Positions 1-9,914 of a stretch of DNA of 64,000 bases are shown here, one piece after another (within the stretch, counting starts at the first letter, position 1; every line of letters starts with the position of its first letter). The notes under the pieces were generated by a model. It saw only the letters and a program-made list of their open reading frames with translations, ran no database searches and was not told where the DNA came from. The DNA is from Candidatus Sulfopaludibacter sp. SbA3 (GTDB lineage: Bacteria > Acidobacteriota > Terriglobia > 20CM-2-55-15), in the NCBI GenBank assembly GCA_945865815.1, contig CAMBFR010000002.1:30308-94307 (forward strand), read 5' to 3'. Made by a program: the position numbers and the translations under genes.

Positions 1-828
1 AGTTGGCATCGACAAATCATGATGGGTCGTCAATGATCGACCTGATGCCGCAATGATTCGCGAAGTAAGCTCTTTTATTGTTATTGCTGAACCCGCGCCG
101 CAATTGTAAATCGCGAAAGAATTCGGCTGTCGGTCAATGGCCCGGTGCACCATATCGACAAGATCAGCAACGTATATCAAGTCCCTGGCCTCCTCCCCGG
201 TTCCCCAGACTGCTATGGAGTCCACGGCCGTCATCACCTTGGTGATCGTCGCACCGAAAACATGGCTGAGTTCTAGATCGAATTTATCGTGGGGCCCATA
301 GACATTGCTGTGCCTGATGGCTGTGAACTTGGTGGATCCAAGGCGAGAATAGAATTCGCACATCTTCTCTAAATAAACTTTGGTCCAGCCAGCTCCGAAA
401 TAGCGGGGATGAAGTTCGGCATTGGCGTCGAAATCCCGCTCGCTCAGTGGGAGTGAACTCGATTGCAGCATGACGCTACAACTGAAAAACACAACATGGT
501 CCAGTTGATGCTCATATGCCGCACGGAAGAGAAAGGAGTTCATGACCGCATTTTCAGCGATTTGGAGATGTGGTCGCGCGTCAGTGTCCTTGATGCCTGA
601 AGTCACTGCCGCGGCCTGAATCAGGATGCTCACTCCGTCCATTACTCGCTCAACCTGTGAAGCACACGTCAGATCGGCCATAACCCAACGAATGCCGGGG
701 AGAGAAAATGGGGGACGGCGATGGTAAACACCTATGACATCGTACGCCGGGTCCCTGGAAAAAGACTCTACAAGGTTACGGCCAATAAACCCGGTGGCGC
801 CGCATATTAGGACGGTCTTTTTTTTCAT
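1..828 (-). CDS. NAD-dependent epimerase/dehydratase (extended SDR), N-terminal part; gene runs off the window start
   Basis: Hand translation of the minus strand from ATG at 828..826 gives MKKKTVLICGATGFIGRNLVESFSRDPAYDVIGVYH. This contains the classic GxxGxxG Rossmann motif of sugar-nucleotide epimerases. The frame stays open to position 1. It is absent from the ORF track because no stop lies in the window. Confidence 0.65.
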   Translation of the reverse strand, partial: MKKKTVLICGATGFIGRNLVESFSRDPAYDVIGVYHRRPPFSLPGIRWVMADLTCASQVERVMDGVSILIQAAAVTSGIKDTDARPHLQIAENAVMNSFLFRAAYEHQLDHVVFFSCSVMLQSSSLPLSERDFDANAELHPRYFGAGWTKVYLEKMCEFYSRLGSTKFTAIRHSNVYGPHDKFDLELSHVFGATITKVMTAVDSIAVWGTGEEARDLIYVADLVDMVHRAIDRQPNSFAIYNCGAGSAITIKELTSRIIAASGRSLTTHHDLSMPT

Positions 829-1797
829 TCAGAGTGTACTAACAATGAATTTACGCGTCTTGTGCAGCGCCTCAATCCGGGCGCAGGATTCCTGCGATAG
901 TGGTCCTGCATTTGACGCCTGCGCGTTGCTCGCGACCTCTGTCGGGGTGATCATTCCGGCAGTCGCTGTAGACACGTGCGCATAAGACAGACAGAAGCGA
1001 AGCGCGAGCAGGAATGGAGCAGTATCCGAAGACTCAGCGCAACAGCCATGTAATTCGCGTGCCCCCGAAGCCCAGAGACGAATCTGCTCTCGCGGCCAGC
1101 GACTGCGATGATCCTCCGGCGGAAACACCTCTTCCCCGGTAAGCGTCCCGGAAAGGAATCCAAATGACATCGGAGTACGCGCGATAAATCCCGCGCCAAC
1201 GGAATGTAGCTTGTCAGGCAGCCCGCATTCAAGGGCGCGGATATCCAGCATATTGAAATTCGCCTGAACAGAGCGAAACGGAAATAATTCCAGCAACTGA
1301 TCCGCATCCGCCGGGCTCTTGACGGAAACACCAATGGCGCGAATCTTGCCGTCTTTCTGCAGACAGGTCATCTTTTCCATAGTTTCCGGATATTTGCGCA
1401 GCCATTCGGCGGACGGATTATGCAGCTGGAGCAGGTCAATGTAGTCTGTATTTAAGCGACGGAGACTTGATTCGACGGATCGAACGATGGCCGCTGCCGA
1501 AAAGTCCGGAGGGCTTGCGTAGTCGATGAACCCGGCTTTCGTGGCTATAACGACCTCACTGCGGCGCCTCGAGAATACATTCCCGATCAGAGTCTCGCTG
1601 TGGCCATCGCCATACACGTTCGATGTGTCGAAAAAATTGATTCCCTCATCGAGCGCGCATTCCAGCGCGGCACAGGACGTGGAATCGTCCGTCCGTCCAT
1701 ACGAAGTGGGTCCCGCGGTAACCCCACCGATCCCCCATGCCCCGAAACCGATTTCCGATACGCTGAGTCCGGACTTGCCTAACGGGCGATAGTGCAT
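829..1797 (-). CDS. aldo/keto reductase family oxidoreductase
   Basis: N-terminus MHYRPLGKSGLSVSEIGFGAWGIGG, then FFDTSNVYGDGHSE and IDLLQLHNP, all typical AKR motifs; 322 aa. Confidence 0.85.
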   Translation of the reverse strand: MHYRPLGKSGLSVSEIGFGAWGIGGVTAGPTSYGRTDDSTSCAALECALDEGINFFDTSNVYGDGHSETLIGNVFSRRRSEVVIATKAGFIDYASPPDFSAAAIVRSVESSLRRLNTDYIDLLQLHNPSAEWLRKYPETMEKMTCLQKDGKIRAIGVSVKSPADADQLLELFPFRSVQANFNMLDIRALECGLPDKLHSVGAGFIARTPMSFGFLSGTLTGEEVFPPEDHRSRWPREQIRLWASGARELHGCCAESSDTAPFLLALRFCLSYAHVSTATAGMITPTEVASNAQASNAGPLSQESCARIEALHKTRKFIVSTL

Positions 1798-2082
1798 GCA
1801 CTTCTAATATCTCGAATACGCGGCTCTGAATCAATAGTCTCTGCCATTTTGGAGGCCCGATCTTCAGCCGCTGGCTTCTCCAAAGCGTCCCCAATGCGCC
1901 CTGCGCCCCAGCACCAATCGCCCCTATGATCCATTCTCCTTAGTCGACTTCCAGGACGGCTCAATCCGCCGATCCGCCGCGCTCCGGTTGACTATACGCC
2001 CATACTATGAGATTCTCACCGCTGCCCCAGGTCGCTGGTCCGTGCCTTAAAAGCTTATCCGCTCAAGGAGTTGTGACTGACG

Positions 2083-3759
2083 ATGAAAATCTTCGCGATT
2101 TACCCCAACGCCGATGGCTATGGAAGGATTCCCACCGGATTGGCGATCGTCATGACCGTGCTTGAGAACGCGGGCCACCAACTCGATCTTTTCGACACGA
2201 CGTTTCTTCACGACGCCAACCATGACAACGACACCCGCGAACGGGCTGGCTTGGTCAAGACGGTGGAGTCGTATGTAGGCCCACAGCTGACCAGTTGTGA
2301 CGGGATGCCTGTCCTCGCCTACGAGTCCCTGAGCCAGGACGCCGTCGACAATCTGCTACGCGAGAAGCTGAAGCTGTCCAATCCCGACGTCGTAATCATG
2401 AGCATAGTCGAGGACAACTACAACTGGGCCGACAGACTTCTTCGCGTCGTCAAGAACTTCCGGCGATCGATCCCGGTGATCGTGGGTGGGCCCACGCCCT
2501 CCGCGGCGCCTGAACGGCTGATCGAGAATCCGCACATCGATTACCTGGTGCAGGGCGAGGGTGATGAAGCTGTAGTCGAACTCTGCGACGTATTGGAACG
2601 CGGCCGGAGCGTCGAGAACGTTAGGAATCTCTGGCACAAAACGAAAGACGGCGGCATCCATTCCACACCGCTTCGACCGTTTATCAACCTGGACTCGAGT
2701 CCCTATCAGAACGTGGAATTGTGGGATCGGCGGCATTTCTACAAGCCGTATGACGGGAAGATTTACTGGACAGGGTATTTCGAAATGTCGCGCGGGTGTC
2801 CGTACCTGTGCACTTATTGCGTCAATCACACTATTCAGAGCAGCCTGAAGACCGCTGGAAAATACTTCCGCCGCAAGACCCCGTCCGTGGCGGTGAAAGA
2901 GATCAAATACCACAAGGAGAAATACGGCCTCAAACGGATCGTGTTCTGCGACGACAACTTCCTCCTCATGCCCGGTCCGGCATTCGAGGCTTGGGGGGCT
3001 GAATTCAAGGAGGCCTGGCTCCGCGAGGTCAACTTGCCATATTGGATTACCACGTCCGCTGACTTCATCCATCCGCAGACGCTCCAGCTGTTGGCGGAGA
3101 CGGGATGTGACGGAATCGGGTTGGGCGTCGAAGCCGGGGGCGAATGGTTCAAGCGAAACATCCTCAAGCGGCGGCTGACGAACGAGCGCACGGTCGAGAT
3201 CTTCAAGTTGGCCCACGACTACGGGATCCGAACCACCGCGAACATCATGATGGGATTCCCCGGCGAGTACGAAGAAGACATCTTCGAGTCAATCAAGCTG
3301 ATTCGGAGAGTTCAACCGAAGAGCTTCGACGTGTCGCTGGTCGCACCCTACGTGGGGACGGATATTCACACCGCCTGCGTAACGCTGGGTTTGATCGACG
3401 TCTTTGACAAACCCGGCTTCCGAGGCATGAGTACGGAAATCTCGTTCCGTCAGTATTCGACTATTCGGAATCCCAATATCAGCCGGGAGCGTATCTCCGA
3501 CCTCTACGACACGTTCGTCGACTACGTCAGCGGAAAGCTGCCGATTCCCGAAAAGTATCTCGCGCCGGCCCCTGGAGCCGACGATACGGCTCCTCCACGA
3601 GGCGACATGAGCCGGGACGTGGCCGAGGCGATCAAAGGGATCAAGGCGGATACCCGCCCCGAGGCAAAGGAGTTGCCGGATGTGGGGGTTGTCGCCATCG
3701 GAGGTCTCAGGACCGCATCAAGAACTGAGACTATGGCGCCGGTCGGAAGCGACGTCTGA
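2083..3759 (+). CDS. B12-binding domain radical SAM protein (class B, cobalamin-dependent)
   Basis: N-terminal B12-binding Rossmann-like region (VVIMSIVEDNY...IPVIVGGPTPS...VQGEGDEAVVEL). Radical SAM CxxxCxxC motif MSRGCPYLCTYC. GGAGG-like SD (aaggag) about 8 nt upstream of the ATG. Confidence 0.85.
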   Translation: MKIFAIYPNADGYGRIPTGLAIVMTVLENAGHQLDLFDTTFLHDANHDNDTRERAGLVKTVESYVGPQLTSCDGMPVLAYESLSQDAVDNLLREKLKLSNPDVVIMSIVEDNYNWADRLLRVVKNFRRSIPVIVGGPTPSAAPERLIENPHIDYLVQGEGDEAVVELCDVLERGRSVENVRNLWHKTKDGGIHSTPLRPFINLDSSPYQNVELWDRRHFYKPYDGKIYWTGYFEMSRGCPYLCTYCVNHTIQSSLKTAGKYFRRKTPSVAVKEIKYHKEKYGLKRIVFCDDNFLLMPGPAFEAWGAEFKEAWLREVNLPYWITTSADFIHPQTLQLLAETGCDGIGLGVEAGGEWFKRNILKRRLTNERTVEIFKLAHDYGIRTTANIMMGFPGEYEEDIFESIKLIRRVQPKSFDVSLVAPYVGTDIHTACVTLGLIDVFDKPGFRGMSTEISFRQYSTIRNPNISRERISDLYDTFVDYVSGKLPIPEKYLAPAPGADDTAPPRGDMSRDVAEAIKGIKADTRPEAKELPDVGVVAIGGLRTASRTETMAPVGSDV

Positions 3760-3917
3760 CGGGCTCTCGCTTGTTTCTCACCGAAGTTTCCTTTTGAGCG
3801 CGCTCTGCTGCTCCCACGAGATCATCCCTTATTGTCACGACATTACCCGGAGCACCTGGATTCCAAGCACGCACGGCGCCAACCTTCTGACAGAACGAAC
3901 TCGATACGTTTCTTGAG

Positions 3918-3941
3918 TCCTGCAAAGGCAGGAATTCTTTG
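3918..3941 (+). terminator. weak hairpin (tcctgc-aaag-gcagga) followed by a T-rich run ATTCTTTG, downstream of the radical SAM gene at 2083..3759
   Basis: 6-bp stem, 4-nt loop and T-rich tail, read directly. Stem is short and GC content modest. Confidence 0.2.
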
Positions 3942-3970
3942 TCGGGCGAGCAAAAAAGTAGGTTACCTTT

Positions 3971-4711
3971 ATGGGCATGGGAACACCCATGGGACCATCG
4001 TTTGCATCAGATCCGAAGGGCGCACTCGAGTTCTTCAACGAATATGGCTATCAGATCGAGCCCGATGTCCACTCGGCCGCCGAGTGCAGGGAACTGATCG
4101 AGGCGTCCCACCGGCTCAGCGACTACGGCAACGGGAACTTGACGCCCGCGATGCAGGCGCACCGTTACGATCCCCGGTTCATGCTGGCCTTCTCAAATCC
4201 CAAAATCGTCTCGATCATGGAAATGCTCCTCTCCGGAAAGGTCAGCGGCCTGCAGACGGAGATTTTCTACTGCCCTCCGGGAACGCCCGGCTTCAGCCTG
4301 CACCAGGACAATTTTTACGCCGAAGTCGTGCGCGGGGGGTTCGCGACGGCGTGGTGCCCACTGCAAGACGTCACGTCCGAAAACGGAGGTCTGATTGTGT
4401 ACCCTCGCAGCCATCAACTGCCGCTGCTGCCGGTCGAACCGGTGCCTGACAGACCGGCGGCCACGCCCCACCAGGACCCTAACGCCGCGCAGATCCAATG
4501 CGTGCTGCCGACGGGCTTTGAGCCCGTAAACGCCGAGATTACGCTCGGCTGTGCGCTTTTCATCCACGGCTTTCTTGTACACGGATCGAATCAAAACCGC
4601 TCCACCGACCGCTACCGCCACGTCTTTCTGGGCACCTACGTGCGCCAGGGCGAGAAGTTCCGGGCGGGCAACTACGCCAAGCGCGAGGAAGTGAATGTCT
4701 ACCGAACCTAG
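3971..4711 (+). CDS. phytanoyl-CoA dioxygenase (PhyH) family Fe(II)/2-oxoglutarate-dependent oxygenase
   Basis: HQDNFY (HxD iron ligands) and distal FIHGFLVHGSNQN histidine, typical of the PhyH family; 246 aa. Confidence 0.65.
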   Translation: MGMGTPMGPSFASDPKGALEFFNEYGYQIEPDVHSAAECRELIEASHRLSDYGNGNLTPAMQAHRYDPRFMLAFSNPKIVSIMEMLLSGKVSGLQTEIFYCPPGTPGFSLHQDNFYAEVVRGGFATAWCPLQDVTSENGGLIVYPRSHQLPLLPVEPVPDRPAATPHQDPNAAQIQCVLPTGFEPVNAEITLGCALFIHGFLVHGSNQNRSTDRYRHVFLGTYVRQGEKFRAGNYAKREEVNVYRT

Positions 4712-5489
4712 GCTGGCGCTGGTAACGGGCGCGAGCGCAGGGATCGGACGCGAGATCACCCTGAGTTTGGCCCGTCAGGGAATGCGTGTGGTGGCCTGCG
4801 CTCGTGGAAAGCGGGCGCTGGCAGCGCTGGCACGCGAGGCGCAGGAGGAAAGCTTGCGCGTGGTGGTATTTAGCTGCGACGTTACCCGTGAAGCGGAGGT
4901 GCGAAAACTAGCCGTTTTCGTGCGACGGGAATGCGGTGGGGTCCTGGACGTGCTGGTGAACAATGCCGGCGGGCACAGGGCATTTGGAGAATTTGAAGAC
5001 CTCACGGTGGCTGACTGGGAGCAGGCGTACGCGCTGAACGTGTTGAGCGTGGTTCGGATGACGCGGGCCCTGCTGCCGCTGTTGCGCCGTTCGAAGCGGG
5101 CACCGGGCATCGTCAACCTGGCCTCCGCGGTTGCATTGTCCCCAGGTGCATTTCATCCGCACTACTCCGCAGCCAAGGCCGCGCTCCTGAATCTCTCAGT
5201 TTACCTGGCCAAGCGCTACGGACCCGAGGGTATCCGCGTGAATGCGGTCGCGCCGGGCACGATCACGGGGCCGGCCTGGGACCGCAACGTCGCCGCGTGC
5301 GCGAGAGACCGCCGCATGACTCATGCCGCGGCCGAACGGTTTTCGAGAGAGCGGCAACTAGCCAAGATCCCGCTGAGGCGGCTTGGCGAGGCTGCGGACG
5401 TGGCCGCGGCGGTGGCGTTCCTGGCTTCCGCGTCCGCCGCGTGGATCTCGGGTGTATGCATCCCGGTGGACGGAGGCGCCACACGATGA
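4695..5489 (+). CDS. SDR family NAD(P)-dependent oxidoreductase
   Basis: LALVTGASAGIGREI glycine-rich motif, NNAG, and YSAAKAA (YxxxK catalytic pair). Confidence 0.85.
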   Translation: MSTEPRLALVTGASAGIGREITLSLARQGMRVVACARGKRALAALAREAQEESLRVVVFSCDVTREAEVRKLAVFVRRECGGVLDVLVNNAGGHRAFGEFEDLTVADWEQAYALNVLSVVRMTRALLPLLRRSKRAPGIVNLASAVALSPGAFHPHYSAAKAALLNLSVYLAKRYGPEGIRVNAVAPGTITGPAWDRNVAACARDRRMTHAAAERFSRERQLAKIPLRRLGEAADVAAAVAFLASASAAWISGVCIPVDGGATR

Positions 5490-5500
5490 TCCAGCATCGT
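5483..5500. terminator. short hairpin (acgatg-atccag-catcgt) in the 60-bp gap between convergent genes
   Basis: 6-bp inverted repeat overlapping the SDR stop codon. Lies between the convergent 4695..5489 (+) and 5550..7535 (-) genes. Confidence 0.15.
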
Positions 5501-5549
5501 TACGAAGGCTGGCGTTTGCAGGACCGCGAGGCATCGTAGAGATCGAAGT

Positions 5550-7535
5550 CTAATGATGCCCTGCCAGCTTGAACGGCTCATCAATCGTCTCCGCCGCGCC
5601 GCGAATCGAGTAAAGATAGGACCCGCTCTTGCTGCCGAACCATATCACTTCACGGCACCAATCTTGCCAGTTCTCCCAGCGGGAACTCGTGCGGTCAATG
5701 GAATAGGTGCACGAGGTGCGGACGAGCGGGACCTCTTCGCCACAGACCGCGGCGCGGTAGAACTCCCAGATGTTGTAATCGCTCTTCACGGTAACATCGG
5801 CTTCGCAGAAGGGCTGACGGATCAACGCAGCATTCAGGGCGACGGCGGCGCGTAGCAACTCCTCGGGCATCTCGGTTCCAGTCTCGCGTAAGTAGACACA
5901 CAGCCGACGCTCAGCTTCGGCATGGAAGGCTGTGAGTTTTCCCTCTACCGAGAGCTTGATCATCATGTATTCGTCGGCGGGCCAGTACACGCCCAGCCAT
6001 TCAGGGGACGGGCACAGCTCGAAGTCACCTCGCTGGATGGCGCGCGCCTTTTCATGGAAGAACTGAGCGATCTCGGCGAGCACTGGGAATTCCGCCGTCT
6101 TCTCATTCAGGAATACCTCCGCAAGCTCACGGTAAGAGCGGCCGTACTCCTTGTTTAACAGAATAAACGGAATCTGAAGCAGCTTGTTGAAGTGCAGGAG
6201 ATTCAACATCCACGAGAACGCGCGAGCACGCACCCAGTCCTCGCGTGACAGCGACGAGTTGGCGATCACCAGCTTCTGCATTTCCGGCACGTCGCCTTCG
6301 GGCCGTTCAATGAGGCCGCGGATGTAGACCACCTCGTTCTCGATCGTCACGATCCCGAAGCGCTTCTGGTACTCGGGATCGCCCATCTCTGCGTTGGGCA
6401 GGATCGACAAGTTCATAAAGAAAATGCGGTTGTGCTGCCCGCCCTCAATCAGCGTGGCTACGCCGTCCATGTACGAGTCACACGTTTCGCCGGGCAAGCC
6501 GAGGATGATATCGCTGTAAGTCGGGATTCGATCCGCAGTGAAGCGGCGCTGAAGTTCCTGAAACGACTTCAGTGAAATATTGTCGCGCTTGATGTTTTTC
6601 AACGTCTCGGTGTCCGTGCTTTGGAACGACAGCGTGATCGCCTTGTTGAGGCCGCTGGTGGCTAAAAGCTTTTGGACCTGATAGGCGTTTTCGGTGGCGT
6701 TCTTGGTGTTCTGGACGGACATGGCATGCGGATAACCATACTTCTGCTTGGCCTCGACCACGCACTTCGCAATTTCGAAATCACGTTTAAGGATGCCGAA
6801 GTTGGCGTCGGCGCAGAATACAAACTCAATCTTGTTCCGAGCGAACCAGTCGACCTCGCGCTCAAGGCGGGGCATGCCGAACGGCGAAACCTTACTTTGG
6901 ATGGCCGAGCCCCAGTCGCAGTATGTGCACGAGAAGGGGCAGCCCCGGTTGGTCTCCCAGATCGCGAGCCACTTCTCGGCGGGGTTGGCCTCGATCAACG
7001 GCTCGAAGACGCCGTTCAGGTATGGCGAGGTCTCTTCGGCATAATCGGGGATGCGCGGGTTCTTTTCGTTTCGTTGGTAAATTCCGTCAGCTTTCAGGAA
7101 GCTCAGGGACTTGATCTCTCCCCAGGGGCGTTCGCCAAGACCTTCCAGAATATTCAGAAAAGGTGTCTCGCCCTCTCCGTGCACGACGAGGTCGATGAAA
7201 GTGTTCTGACGAAGGAACTCCTCAGCGTGATCCGGCACTTGGGGGCCGCCGAAGACAATCACAGTATTGGAATTCAGTTCCCTGAGGCGCTTGGCGATCG
7301 CAAGAGAAAGGTTCACGTTCCAGACGTATACGCTGAAAGCCGCAACGTCGGCCTTGGCGATGGCTTGGGCGCCTTTCTCGATCGGGAGGCGGGAGTGGAG
7401 CGGCAGCAAGAACTCGTAGTCCTCGGGCCGTCTGGCACGGGCCTTGACGAACGACTGCAACAGACCCACGGAATAGGGCAAGTACCCCTGTCCAGAGTAG
7501 TCGTTGTTGATTTGAATCAGAGCGACGCTAACCAC
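5550..7535 (-). CDS. B12-binding domain radical SAM protein with extended C-terminal domain (661 aa, GTG start)
   Basis: N-terminal B12-binding region (IVFGGPQVP...VVHGEGETPFLNIL). Radical SAM core ETNRGCPFSCTYCDWG. Paralogous in architecture to 12918..14945. Confidence 0.85.
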   Translation of the reverse strand: MVSVALIQINNDYSGQGYLPYSVGLLQSFVKARARRPEDYEFLLPLHSRLPIEKGAQAIAKADVAAFSVYVWNVNLSLAIAKRLRELNSNTVIVFGGPQVPDHAEEFLRQNTFIDLVVHGEGETPFLNILEGLGERPWGEIKSLSFLKADGIYQRNEKNPRIPDYAEETSPYLNGVFEPLIEANPAEKWLAIWETNRGCPFSCTYCDWGSAIQSKVSPFGMPRLEREVDWFARNKIEFVFCADANFGILKRDFEIAKCVVEAKQKYGYPHAMSVQNTKNATENAYQVQKLLATSGLNKAITLSFQSTDTETLKNIKRDNISLKSFQELQRRFTADRIPTYSDIILGLPGETCDSYMDGVATLIEGGQHNRIFFMNLSILPNAEMGDPEYQKRFGIVTIENEVVYIRGLIERPEGDVPEMQKLVIANSSLSREDWVRARAFSWMLNLLHFNKLLQIPFILLNKEYGRSYRELAEVFLNEKTAEFPVLAEIAQFFHEKARAIQRGDFELCPSPEWLGVYWPADEYMMIKLSVEGKLTAFHAEAERRLCVYLRETGTEMPEELLRAAVALNAALIRQPFCEADVTVKSDYNIWEFYRAAVCGEEVPLVRTSCTYSIDRTSSRWENWQDWCREVIWFGSKSGSYLYSIRGAAETIDEPFKLAGHH

Positions 7536-7604
7536 ACGGCACAGAATAGCACATCAAGTTATATCCATCGTTCAGAGGGCAAACGAAATAACTATCGGTA
7601 TCGG

Positions 7605-8471
7605 TCAATCGCCCCTGAGCTTGCGACGGATCTCGACCTCGCTCGGCGTGACCTGCTTCACCGTCGTCCCCATCATCACGTCAATTTCCCTACACCGTTT
7701 TCGCAATATATCCATTGCGAGTACCTCGAGGCTCGATTTTTGGTCGGTTCCCCACATGTCGTGGGACAAAGTGATATGCCTTTCAACGACCATTGCGCCC
7801 AATGACACTGCCAGGACGGTCGGTTCGAGGTCCGGTTCGTGGCCGGAATAGCCGACAACGCAGCCATATCTTTCTTTGAGAAACGGGATCAACGAAAGAT
7901 TGAGTTCCGCCCGAGGCGTCGGATAACTCGAATTTGTGTGCAATACAACCGGCTTGACGCCTTTCGACATGATCAGATTAATTGCCTGGTCGACTTCCTT
8001 GAGGTCTGACATGCCGGTCGATACCACCAGAGGCCTTCCTGATGATGCTGCTTCAGAAACGAGTTCATGCTTTGTCAGCATAGCGGATGGGATCTTGAGG
8101 AACGGTACGTCGTAATCGAGCAAGAACTGAAGGCTGTTCATGTCCCAGATGGAAGCGGTCCAATCCAGTGGCTTTTCTCGGCAATAACGATCAATGTCGT
8201 CGTAATCGCTCTTGCTTAGTTCCACCCTTCGTTTGTATTCCAGATAGGTCATGTGGCCCCAGGGTGTGTCACACGGTACGCTTTTTTGGTGCTCCGGAAC
8301 TGCTTTGTCGGGATCGCGCTTTTGAAATTTGGCGCAATTCCAGTTGCAAGCATTGACGGCGTCAATGAGCTTTTTCGCGATACCAAGATCGCCGTTGTGG
8401 TTGATTCCGATCTCACCAACAAAATAAGGAACGGTTAGATTCTCAAAGATTGTATTCATTTGCTGCTCCAC
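7605..8471 (-). CDS. NeuB-family (N-acetylneuraminate synthase-like) 2-ulosonic acid synthase without SAF domain
   Basis: FVGEIGINHNGDLGIAKKLIDAVNACNWNCAKFQKR matches the NeuB/PseI/LegI TIM-barrel N-terminus. At 288 aa it is too short to carry the C-terminal SAF domain. Confidence 0.7.
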   Translation of the reverse strand: MEQQMNTIFENLTVPYFVGEIGINHNGDLGIAKKLIDAVNACNWNCAKFQKRDPDKAVPEHQKSVPCDTPWGHMTYLEYKRRVELSKSDYDDIDRYCREKPLDWTASIWDMNSLQFLLDYDVPFLKIPSAMLTKHELVSEAASSGRPLVVSTGMSDLKEVDQAINLIMSKGVKPVVLHTNSSYPTPRAELNLSLIPFLKERYGCVVGYSGHEPDLEPTVLAVSLGAMVVERHITLSHDMWGTDQKSSLEVLAMDILRKRCREIDVMMGTTVKQVTPSEVEIRRKLRGD

Positions 8472-8687
8472 TCCTTACCAGGCGGTCCATCCGCCATCCA
8501 TTCTGAGAACGGTACTGCTGCTATGGCGACAAACATCTCCAACCAGAATTCCACGAGCGGTAATAATTCGCGAACATTCATGATTCGTCTGAGAGGCGTG
8601 TGGCGAGAATCAGATTCGGAAAAAGACGCATCCGGTGCGTTTGTAACTGCGCCAGGCTCAATGAATTTTACTCGAAGAGTGAATCGT

Positions 8688-9914
8688 TTACCGTGATGAC
8701 TCCAGCTTACGAATAGTCTTATGCAGACAATCAGCTTTTTGCTTCGCCAGACGGAGGTCGCGGTAGTTCGTCTTGAATTGCATCAGTTTTGGCTGAATCC
8801 GCTCCGCCACCGGGCACATTCCCTGGTGGTAGACCACGTCATTATAGATGTACGGGCATCGCCGAGCGAATCGCCGACTTGCCATCACTGGTTCCAAATA
8901 AGGAACTGACCATGCACCGTAGATCCCATCCCCACCCATTTCTTTGTAAGTACGGCGAAAGTCTTCCCACGTAACTCCGATTGCTTCCAAGCCTTCGTAG
9001 CGAACGCCCAGTGTGTAATACGAGTGCGACAGTCCCTCTGGAACCTCCTGAGGAATCAGGTAATTACAGTCCGCGATTATATCGAGGAAAAACTGCGCTG
9101 ACTTTTGTCGCAGTTCGACAAGTTCGTCCAGTCTTTCCAGTTGCCCGAGCGCGACAGCGGCATTGAATTCCGATAAGCGATAGTTCCAGCCAAGCTCATC
9201 GTGGCGCTTATAGTGAGGATTCTGGAAGACATCTTCGTTAAGCCGAACCCGGCCCTCACCGGCTCCGAGGTTCTTAAAACCATGACCACCGATCTTGCGT
9301 ACCAATTCGGCACACTTCTCGTCGTTGGTAATGATCATGCCGCCCTCGCCGCAGGAAATATGCTTTGTGTTCTCGAAGCTATAGCTTGCGAGATGACCGA
9401 TGGTTCCAGTCATTCTACCTTTGTAAAGGCTGAGGAAGCACTGGGCGTTGTCTTCGATAACCGTCAGACCGTGTTTTTTGGCGATTGCGAGCAAGGGATC
9501 AAGGTCGGCGGGGAGTCCATAAAGCGAGACGGCGATGATCGCCTTGGTTTTTGATGTTATTTTCCTCGCGACGTCCGCCGGATCAATATTGAACGTACGC
9601 GGATCAATGTCAGCGTAAACGGGAATCGCATTGGCATGCAACGTCGCTGTTGTATCCATGATGACGGTCAACGCGGGAGAAATTACCTCCTCTCCCGGCT
9701 GGACGCCCACCGCTTCGATCGCTGCATGTAGCGTCGATGTTCCTGAATTAAACGCAATGGCGTACCGGGCCCCAAACTTCTCAGCGAATTGCCGTTCCAA
9801 TACCTGGTTCCAGCTGCCGGCCGTTGCTGACCATGACTTGGCTTCCAGAACTCGCTTCAAATACTTATATTCATTCCCTAAATATTTCGGTGGGTTGAGC
9901 CGTGACGTTTTCAT
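8688..9914 (-). CDS. DegT/DnrJ/EryC1/StrS family PLP-dependent sugar aminotransferase
   Basis: FNSGTSTLHAAIEA..., SFENTKHISCGEGGMIITND (PLP-lysine region) and ELGWNYRLSEFNAAVALGQLERLDE, typical of the family. Confidence 0.85.
   Translation of the reverse strand: MKTSRLNPPKYLGNEYKYLKRVLEAKSWSATAGSWNQVLERQFAEKFGARYAIAFNSGTSTLHAAIEAVGVQPGEEVISPALTVIMDTTATLHANAIPVYADIDPRTFNIDPADVARKITSKTKAIIAVSLYGLPADLDPLLAIAKKHGLTVIEDNAQCFLSLYKGRMTGTIGHLASYSFENTKHISCGEGGMIITNDEKCAELVRKIGGHGFKNLGAGEGRVRLNEDVFQNPHYKRHDELGWNYRLSEFNAAVALGQLERLDELVELRQKSAQFFLDIIADCNYLIPQEVPEGLSHSYYTLGVRYEGLEAIGVTWEDFRRTYKEMGGDGIYGAWSVPYLEPVMASRRFARRCPYIYNDVVYHQGMCPVAERIQPKLMQFKTNYRDLRLAKQKADCLHKTIRKLESSR

Noticed and set aside
1798-2082. 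Possible sigma70-like promoter (TTGACT at 1988..1993 with TACTAT or TATGAG downstream) and possible cobalamin riboswitch upstream of the first B12-radical SAM
   Set aside because: Spacer lengths (10-13 nt) are non-canonical. No recognisable B12-box consensus was seen by eye. Left unannotated, though an Rfam scan would be worthwhile.
3832-4449. 205-aa ORF on the plus strand overlapping the PhyH gene in another frame
   Set aside because: Arg/Ala-rich low-complexity translation typical of an out-of-frame read of GC-rich coding DNA. The overlapping PhyH-family frame has clear motifs.
6672-7805. 377-aa plus-strand ORF antisense to the B12-radical SAM and the NeuB-like gene
   Set aside because: Antisense shadow ORF in high-GC DNA. 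The sense-strand proteins have strong family signatures.
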